50,043 nucleotides of DNA. Source: Girardia tigrina. Taxonomy: Eukaryota. The stretch lies in the NCBI GenBank assembly GCA_001938485.1, contig MQRK01214337.1:1-50043 (forward strand). Reading direction: 5' to 3'. A model generated the notes under the pieces. It was not told the origin of the DNA. It did no database searches and saw nothing but the letters and a program-made list of their open reading frames with translations. Shown piece after piece: positions 41,455-50,043 of the stretch (position 1 is its first letter; the number at the start of each line of letters is the position of its first letter). The translations under genes were made by a program, and so were the position numbers.

Positions 41455-41890
41455 ACTGTGTACAACAGCACCACGATTGAGAATACAAGTCAGTAGTCTA
41501 CGTGGCATGGATTCAACGAGTGTTTTACAGAGAGTCTATAAATAGGCATCAGTGTTTAAAATGTGCTTAATGCGTGCAATGAGTTCCTCAGTATTAGCAG
41601 TTGGCCTCTCATAAACCCGTCGCTTCAAATATGTCCAGAAGTTTTCTATGGGGTTCATGTTGCATGAATTAGGCGGCTATTCCATGCAATGGATACCGTA
41701 GATGTCGAGGTGCTGAAGTATCTTTATGGATACGTGGCAGGGGGCGTTGTCCTATTGGAAGACCCATTGCCCCTGGGCTAACCATAAATCAGCTGATGGT
41801 AGAAGAACATTATCAATTATGTTGATATAGCTGTCGGAATTCATTGTTCCAGCAACTGCATCCAATAAGCCAGTTCCATAATATGAAAAG
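41455..41890 (-). mobile_element. Tc1-family transposase C-terminal fragment
   Basis: Manual translation FSYYGTG..GTMNSDSYINII..WVFQ*DNAPCH..*PPNSCNMNPIENFWTYLKRRV..LVESMPRRL. Confidence 0.85.
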
Positions 41891-42905
41891 CCTCATTAAA
41901 AAGTAACATAAATATTAATTAAATCGGATTTTATAATTTGTAAACAAAAATCGTGCAAAATATGTACGACTTAGATATAATTTAATAATTTCTGAAAACA
42001 TTAAAAAACGGAAATTTAATATAGAAGTTTGTTGCTTGGAAACATTCAACTTAATAACAATATTTAACCAATAATTTTATATCATTTGATAATTTTTTTC
42101 CATATTTTAGGATTTATTAAGGCTTTATTATTGAAGGATGTGACAACTGATAGTAACCATAATTTATGTTCTGTATGAATTATGGTTTAAATTGTCATTT
42201 TTTCTGCAAACAATTAATATGATAATAATTTAATGCAAATATTAATTTTAACGTTACGAAAGATTGGGAGTAATTAATTTTATTTTATTTTCGATCTTTC
42301 ACAAATTAGTTCTGATTATTTCTTAATAATAAATTGTACTTAATAAAAGTAAAAAAATCTAATAGGAAAATAAGGTAATTTGATTGTCTAAACCACGCTG
42401 GAACAACAAATCCTAAGCTTCTTTGCCATTAGATATATAAAGTAGTATTTGCTATTCTGTTGCCGTATATGGTATCAGGTTTGTGTGGCAAAAGAATAAT
42501 AAAATTATTAGGCATTTGGCAATTTCTGCCCCATCCCAGCAAGCATGCGCAAATCAACAATTAGCTTTTGTTTAAATTGATTATTTGTTTTGTATACATA
42601 AATTACTTTTTTACTAAGTTTATTAAACTTTTGTCCTATATATTGTTCATTTCGAATTATAGAAATCTTCATTCAGTTTATGACTGAAATATTATTGAAA
42701 GAACTGTTTGGCACCATTTTATCAGCTACGACCCTTATTGTAAATCATTGTGACTCTTATAAATATGATACAGATGTTATTATTGAGTTCATTGATGACG
42801 AAAAATTAAAAGAACTTAACAAATGAACGATTTTTTAATTATATTTCCAAATTTAAATATCATGTCTTTTGATATTCATATTACAGGGTTATGAATTATT
42901 ATATA

Positions 42906-43558
42906 CTAGAAAAAGACCCGTCATATATGATGGGTGAGCTGAATTTTCGTCTTTGAAAGTTTCTGCTTTAATTTTTAAATCGTAATTATTATAATTTATT
43001 ATTTATTGCTTCAAATTACGTGTTGATTTAACAAACGGTCAATTAAGTCGGCTCCCAGCGACGGCGTTGCACCGAAAGAATTGTCTCGAAGCGGGCTATC
43101 CCCATTGACCCCGTCCTTAAATGGTTTCACTCTGGTCCCTCAGCAATTTTGCATTTTATTTTGTTGATATTATTTTTTAATAACGAAAAATTTTAATTTA
43201 TACAAAATTGATTTTTAGCAAAATAATTAGTAAATAAGTGATAAAAATCGTCATTTATCAAATAAATTAGTATTTTATTAGTATTTCCATAAAACTTTTC
43301 ATGAAATTAATTGTAGGAATTATCAAAATCTTCATTATTTGAAATCAGTGGTAATTTAACCATTTACCGGCTTGTACGGTTTTCGATCGATTTCATCGGC
43401 TTCGGGGCGTCTTTCGACGAAGGTGCTGGACCGACAGAATTGTCTGGATGCGGGCTATCCATATTGACCCCATTCTTAAATGAATTCACTCCGGTTCCTC
43501 CGCTATTTCACATTGAAAAGCGTGACCGACAAACAAAAAAACAAACAAACTTTTTAGA
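42906..43558 (-). mobile_element. Non-autonomous Helitron (~650 bp) with internal ~95-bp direct repeat
   Basis: Minus 3' end: hairpin ACCCGTCAT-AT-ATGATGGGT, then CTAG|T (42906-42909). The 5' end has a (GTTT)n tract. Internal repeat copies at ~43060-43155 and ~43420-43514. Confidence 0.7.
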
Positions 43559-46125
43559 CAAATTGTGAATAAATTTGAATACAATTGGCAAAATGTCGAA
43601 TAAAAAATTTACAAGACAATCAAAATTAATAATTTAACAATAAATAACAGTTCGATTAGTGGGTATACGGTAGTTTAAATTATTATACGAAATAAAAACC
43701 AGGTGTAAAAGTATCAATCCCGGGATAGCGAAATTATAAAAAAGAAAATCCCGAAATTCTGGGATCGTAAAATTGACCGGGCTAGCCAGCCCTATTATAA
43801 TCGTGAAGAATATTTTTAATTTTGTATGAATGTGGTGTGTTTATTTGAGTGTGGTTAAATCGGAATTTTGATTCCCCCACTCTCTTGGAAAATTGGTGCT
43901 GATCATTCGAACGGATTTGCATTTTTAAAATTAATGAAAATTTAATTATCTGATAAAATTTATAAATAAAAAAGTAATATAATATTATTTATAAAATAAG
44001 TTGTATTTTTTAGAAATTAAAATAAACATTTGTAATGTTTGAAGTAAATACATTTTAGAGGTTTGAATAATTTTTAAATTAGTTTAACTATTTTTAATAA
44101 TTTTATGAAATATTTTCAAGTTGAGATAATATTAAATGTTATTGAAAAATTAGGAAATTTTTTTGAATAATCATAATTAAAAATTCATAAACAGCACTAA
44201 TTAGAATGATGACAAAAGGTGAAAGAACTTCTCAGAGTTGTGTAATTAAAATCAAAGATCAACTGATCTTCTCAGAGTTAATTACAACGATACAGGTGAT
44301 TCTTTTGTTATTGGAACTTTTGATATTGGCTAGTCGAAACGTTAGTCTAACGTTAAATAAATGTCACGAATAAAAAAATGAAAATATCACAGGAATTAGT
44401 CAAAAATGAAAGGCGATGAAATTGTCATTTTTTTATTGTCGGTAAGCAATTTAGAATTAAAATTTATTAATTCTGTATTGATTTCGATTTGAATTTAAAT
44501 ATTCAAATCGAAATCATATAATCATAAAATAATAATTTTATGACGATATAATATAATTAGATTTCTTTCCTTCTTTCTCGACCTTCTTTATCTTTTCTTC
44601 TTTTTCTTCCAAATAAAATAATCTTCTTATTCTTATAATTCTTCTTCTTCTTCCAAATAAAATAATCCAAAAAAATAAATAAAATAAAATAATCTACAAA
44701 TTTCATCAGTAAATGATCAAACACTATTATATAACAGGAAGGCGTTTAAAATTTGAAAGTATCGCGTTAGATTAAACTGAATATTTTTTCGTCCCAAAAG
44801 AAAATAAAAATATGAATTACATAAGAACAAAAGGTTGTCAGACTCATACAAAAAAAAACAAATACATTTACATGAGCTAAAAAGATAAAAAAAATACACG
44901 TAGTTGTTAGTAGACTATTACAGTTGACCCACCTATGAATACGGAGTGTAATGGATGTATAAAATTAATTTGATATTTCGTGAGTTGTGAATTTTATCTT
45001 TGTTGATAATTTTGTGCGTTACTGTGAGGTTATTACACATAGTAATTGTGTCGGTTCTCTTAACAATAATACATATATTTTTTATCTTTATAATTCTTTG
45101 TTAGATTAAATATAATAAATATACAATAATTCATATCACACTCAGAATTTCTCACTCGTGTATCGGTTTAAAACATTATAAAACAATTGAAAGATATATT
45201 GCGACCACTTTACTTCATTGTCTTTTATGCTACTTGTAGCTATTAAATTTAAGAAAAAAAATATAAATAGGACATTTAGCTTAATAAATAACCAAAGTAC
45301 TTAACTCTTTAATATAATAAACGACAATTAGTAACAACGTTATAAAATTCGGTAATTTAAATTAATTTATTTAAATCACTTAAACTGTTGAACCAGTTTT
45401 GATTGAAACTTCTCATAAGATTTCTAAATTAGTATTGTGTTGACGTTATGTTTTGTAACTGAAATTTGAAAGATACGTACAGTACAAAATGAATAACGCT
45501 TATGTTTAATTGACATCCGGAAAGATAGGTTCCGAGGTATAATATAATTATTTATGTAAGAGGTTTTAAACCTTTTTGTTTGTCTACTTCTTTCACATTT
45601 GGCAAAAATGGAAGCAACCCTTCATATTAAAGTGAAATATTTCTTATGATTATTGCTCGCTTCTTTTATATGATGCATTTTATCATATAACGCGTTGTAA
45701 TAAAAAACGCTGTGTACATAGTAGTGATGTTGTTTTTTAAGATAGTATATATTTAAGAGAGTATATATGAAAGACTTGTTTAAAAATTTCATCATTGAAA
45801 AAACTGAAACTACCCTCAGGGTTATGTGCACTCCTGATTGGGAACCACTGGTCTAAAAAAGTCTTTTAAAAAAATGTTTGAAAAAAAATTAATAGTATAA
45901 GTATTTTGGTAAAGTCAAAAAATTTCAAGTACCCCCAGAGTGCCATTGGTCTATGTATATTTACGTATTTATATAGTATCAAAGTGTTATATCTATTTAT
46001 TTTAAATTATTTTTTTACCTCATGCACAGGTTAAGCCTATTCCTTGATCAAATCAGATAAAATTTCAATTTCAAAAGTTTTTAGTACACCAATAAACATT
46101 TTTACATCAAGAAACTACATTCTTT

Positions 46126-49100
46126 TGCAGTTTCACCAGAAATAGAACAACAAAGTTTATTTAAGTACAACACAAAAATTCAACTTTTGTTTTTTATCAC
46201 TTATTTAAACAAATTTACTTTCGAATATTTAACAACATTATTACATCCCCACCAAAAATCAGGTATCCATTTCTTAATCTCTATGCCACGGTGGTTCTCT
46301 TCTCTCTCGTTTGTTTCTGCGTTGCTTGTCACGATTTGTTTGGTCCATGATCTTTTCAACACTCGACCTCTCATCAACTGCTTCGCTCTCGTTTTCACTG
46401 CTTTCTAAATCATCAAAAACTCGTTTTCAGGATTATTCTGATTGTCAGATCGTTTTCTGATATCCTGAATATGTCTCGGAACTCCGTCTACTTCGTATTT
46501 GTTGTGACTAATTTTTGCTGTGATTATAACCCGACCCCATTGACTTGTTCATCGAACATGTTGACTCAGCTTGACATACACTTTCTCTTCTACTTCTTAC
46601 ATTCTACAGTCGTCGCTCATCGGTTCCACGTTTATTTTTTCACCTGTTATCCTCCAATTATAGTTAAATAATATATCACTTGGCGATTTAATTCCATATT
46701 TTCTACTTTTAAGGACCTATATTATACCAATACATAGCTTTAGCAATAGCAATATTCGATCTCTCCGCTATTCTTTTTATCGTATGGTGACAGCGCTCCA
46801 CAATACCGTTCGAACTGGATCTATGCGCACATCGATAGTCTATCTTAACACTCCATTTAATACGCAAGTGTTTGAATTTGCCACCTGTAAAAGCTACTCC
46901 ATTGTCAACAAGGATTTCTGTGGGAGCCCCATGCTCCATAAATAATTCATCGAGAATTTTTATTACGTCATCGGTTCCTTCAGTTTTTACTTCTCTCCAA
47001 ATAGAAAATCGAGTGGGTCCACAATCAATTACTGATAAATACACTCTATTCTCGTAATTAGTATGATCTATAGCCAATCTTTCCCAACATTTGTCTACCG
47101 ATAATGATCCCTTTTGTGTTTTTATAGGGGCGGGATCAATACTGCTACACCGTTGACATTTTCGAACAACACTATCCATATCCTTTTTCGACACTTCAAT
47201 ACCTTCTTTTTCTGCTATCAGACAGCTTTTCTCGATCCCAAAATGATGTCGCTCATGACTCTTTCTTGCCTCATTTAATTTTCTCTCTTGTTGAACAATA
47301 CAACATTTCCTTTCTGTCCATTTTCTTGGTACTCTAGTTAAGACATCTGCCTTGTTTAGTTCAGAGCGAACCCAATCACACTATCAAAATATTTCGGACT
47401 CATTTAAAATACTGTCTATCATAGCCAAACGTCTCTTGACCAATATCTCACTCATTCCGGTTACTTTTATTCGACTTTTTCTTGTCTTCAACGATGCCAG
47501 CCAACCATGTACTATAACTGAATCTGTAACAATTAATAATTTCTTCACATTCCACTTCAAAGCCAAGTTAATTCCTTTCATAATCGCTTCAAGTTCAGCA
47601 ATGCTTATACGTACACAATCATTTTCTTGTCTTAACCAGGTTCCATCTTCGATCACATGGTCTCCGATTTGCAAAACACATCCGATGGCAATAGAACTTG
47701 CATCGCACCATATCGCACATTTTCGGTTCATATCCACATTCCAACGACCTCGTACTCGATCTGAATTACTAATACGATTCATTACTTCACGAATAAAATT
47801 AATAGACTCTTCATTCACCGATTCATTCCATTGTAATCCATTACACGACCGTTTTATGTAGCTACACACAACCAATTTCCAATTGGGTAATGACTAATTA
47901 ATTTTTCACAAACCGAATATACACCTCTTCTAGTGATCTTATCTGGGACGTTCAAGGGAAAGGAGTACTCCTCGATCAGTTTAATAGTCCATCACATTGA
48001 GACAATTGAAGACCAAGAACTCTCGCTCCGTTTAGGTCCTCTGAATCTTTACATTGTAAATCGTACTTCAATAAATGATTCCGTACTTCTTCTATGCTCA
48101 CTATGTCTTCATTTACAATGATATCATCTACATAATGACGAGTTCCACGGCGAACTTTTTCATCAATAGACAAAACCTTTCCTAAAATCATGAACACTAT
48201 TTTCGAAGCGGATACTAAACCAAATCCTAATCTTGTGAGCTCGTAAAATTCACTAATAATCCGGACTCTCTGATACTTCCATAAAGTTGAATCTACTTCG
48301 ATTTGTAAATATACATTTTTCACGTCGATAACTTTGCAATTCTTTGGCATACTTCTCCACTCACGAAGCTCGTCATCCACTGATACTGCATCTAATGTAT
48401 GAGAACTAATAAACTGATTCAACTCTCGATAATCCATGACAGGCCTTACTTTATCCTTTTTTTCTTGTTTAACCGCAAGCAACGGTATAATTCCTTCTCC
48501 ATCACTATTTAAACTTTTCTTTAACCAACCCTCACTAATACAACCCTGTAGTACCTCATGAAACTTTATTCTGGTGTCTTTATCCATATGGTAACTCGCT
48601 ACTTTATTTGACAACTGAGGCGTTATATCTTTCTATTTCCACTTTACTTCCCACTTCCGTCCAGTAAATTTCGCATTAAAATCAATATCATTTATTTCGA
48701 GATTTATTTGTTTTGCACCGCTTTGATACAACTTTTTACTCGAAAATGAATCAATATTATTTCTCTCACTATTCAACTGTGTTGCGCCGCTATGATACAC
48801 CTCTTTACTCCACGAAACACAACCTTTACTATCAATTTTAATACCTCCTCCTGTCATTATTCCATCCATGCCAATAATTAAATCTACATCTTTTACTAAC
48901 TCGCTCATAACTAAACAATTTAATCTCAATATCACATTAGACTCTGACTCAATCTCTATCTCACACTCTCCAAGCACAGCTACTTCATTTCCATCAACTG
49001 CCTTAACACACACATTAGACTCAATCATCTTATCTCTACCCAATTCATTTCTTACAATACTCACATCATTCCCACTATCAATAAGAGTATTAACCCACTT

Positions 49101-49600
49101 ACTTCACCATCATCCGCATAGGCACCTTTCTATACGTACAAGAATAGGCGGTGCCAACTATTCTTGGTTTAAGTTTAAATGATTGTTCTTTTTACATTCG
49201 TTCGCTTTATGACCCCCTCCTCCACAGCTAAAACATTTAAACGTATTACTTAACATACACTCCTTGGCTATATGCCCAACCTTCACACACGAAAAGCACT
49301 TCAGCATAGAGGTTTTTTGACGCCTCTCATCCGCCTGATAGAGTTCGTCCTTGGGCTTTTGCGATATTTTATAAGAATCCCCGCCACGAATGAATTACAT
49401 CGCGCCCTGATAAAGCTCTATAACTCGGACATACCGTAACTTCGCCTCTCATTTCGTTAATTATGATCCTGGCCTTTTCCACTAACTTACTTTGCGATAT
49501 CTCGTCTAATTCTATTAATGTTTTAATTTGACTAGCACATGATCGGGTAAACAGCTTAAGAAATAACATTTAAATATTTGATCATTGGACAGGAAACCGT
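46126..49600 (-). mobile_element. Second Ty3/Gypsy element, 5'-truncated and pseudogenised
   Basis: Gag C-half (NDQIFKCYFLSCLPDHV..KLVEKARII), two CCHC knuckles (CFSCVKVGHIAKEC, CFSCGGGGHKANEC), protease LIDSG, RT YVDD, RNase H WCDASS/AELEAI/TDS, integrase HFG..CQRC, VDNG, NGIVERCH. Purine tract GGTGGGGA precedes a candidate short 3' LTR TGTAAT...AATAAA...CTGCA (46245-46126). Confidence 0.92.
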
Positions 49601-49604
49601 GTCT

Positions 49605-49892
49605 TCATGTTGTTTTGGACAGAGAGGTGGACAGAAAACGGTAATAATCGCCTTTCATTTTATGAATTTCCTCTAGTGTCTCATCATCAATCTCCAAAGT
49701 CGTCACTGTTTCCTCTACATCACTCAAAGTCATATTTAAATGTGAATCAAAAGCATTTAATTTGCCTCGTAATTCTCTATCGTTTTTTATTTTAACGTAA
49801 ATTCGCTCATTTAAGCTCAATCGAATCAGATCGAGTGGCTCATCGATTACGGAAATGTCAGAATTTAAAACGTTACCAGAAATCGGATCCAT
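49605..49892 (-). pseudogene. LSM3: U6 snRNA-associated Sm-like protein LSm3, intronless copy with C-terminal deletion/frameshift
   Basis: [61 protein letters not shown] is clearly LSm3. The expected STKRNIPMLFV-like segment is missing. KGD is followed by ITVFCPPL (cf. RGDGVVLVAPPL) only in a shifted frame. Confidence 0.8.
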
Positions 49893-50043
49893 TTAAATTT
49901 GGTTTATCAATTTATTCTTTTTTATTAATTGAAAATTAAAAAACGCGATTTGCCATTGAAACTTGTTTATTATTTTTAAAAATTGGATTTTGAAAAATTG
50001 TGAAAGAAAATTGTTAATTGTGATTACAATTCAAATTTAACAT

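Noticed and set aside
43700-43795. ATCCCG-rich segment ending in GCCCTA, and GGGAACCACTG at ~45840-45850, resembling DNA-transposon ends
   Set aside because: No partner TIR or TSD could be identified.
46010-46125. GT donor-like site as a candidate TTBK first exon or LSM3 last exon
   Set aside because: The translation has in-frame stops and resembles neither protein.

Overview
AT-rich eukaryotic (animal) scaffold with assembly gaps. Its composition and transposon spectrum suggest a flatworm/planarian-like host, but that is inference only. Host genes: the last 61 codons of a ZC3H18 orthologue (+, 1-188), two coding exons of a tau-tubulin kinase (TTBK2-like; -, 37966-38190 and 21814-25518; exon 1 not found) and a damaged intronless LSM3 copy (-, 49605-49892). 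Almost everything else is transposon-derived. A pseudogenised Polinton/Maverick-type protein-primed DNA polymerase B (vOTU-like and EndoVII/HNH-like inserts) is split in frame by a hAT element, and is followed by a repeat-rich non-coding tract ending in an RFX X-box/CCAAT minisatellite. Also present: two further hATs, a pogo/Tigger, several mariner/Tc1 relics, piggyBac MITEs, Helitron/Helentron-like elements, an R2-like RT fragment and two Ty3/Gypsy elements. The most notable observations are the LSM3-gag chimera at the truncated 5' end of a Gypsy element, the X-box/CCAAT array, the pPolB architecture, and conserved short docking motifs in TTBK and ZC3H18. No CRISPR, tRNA or rRNA was seen.
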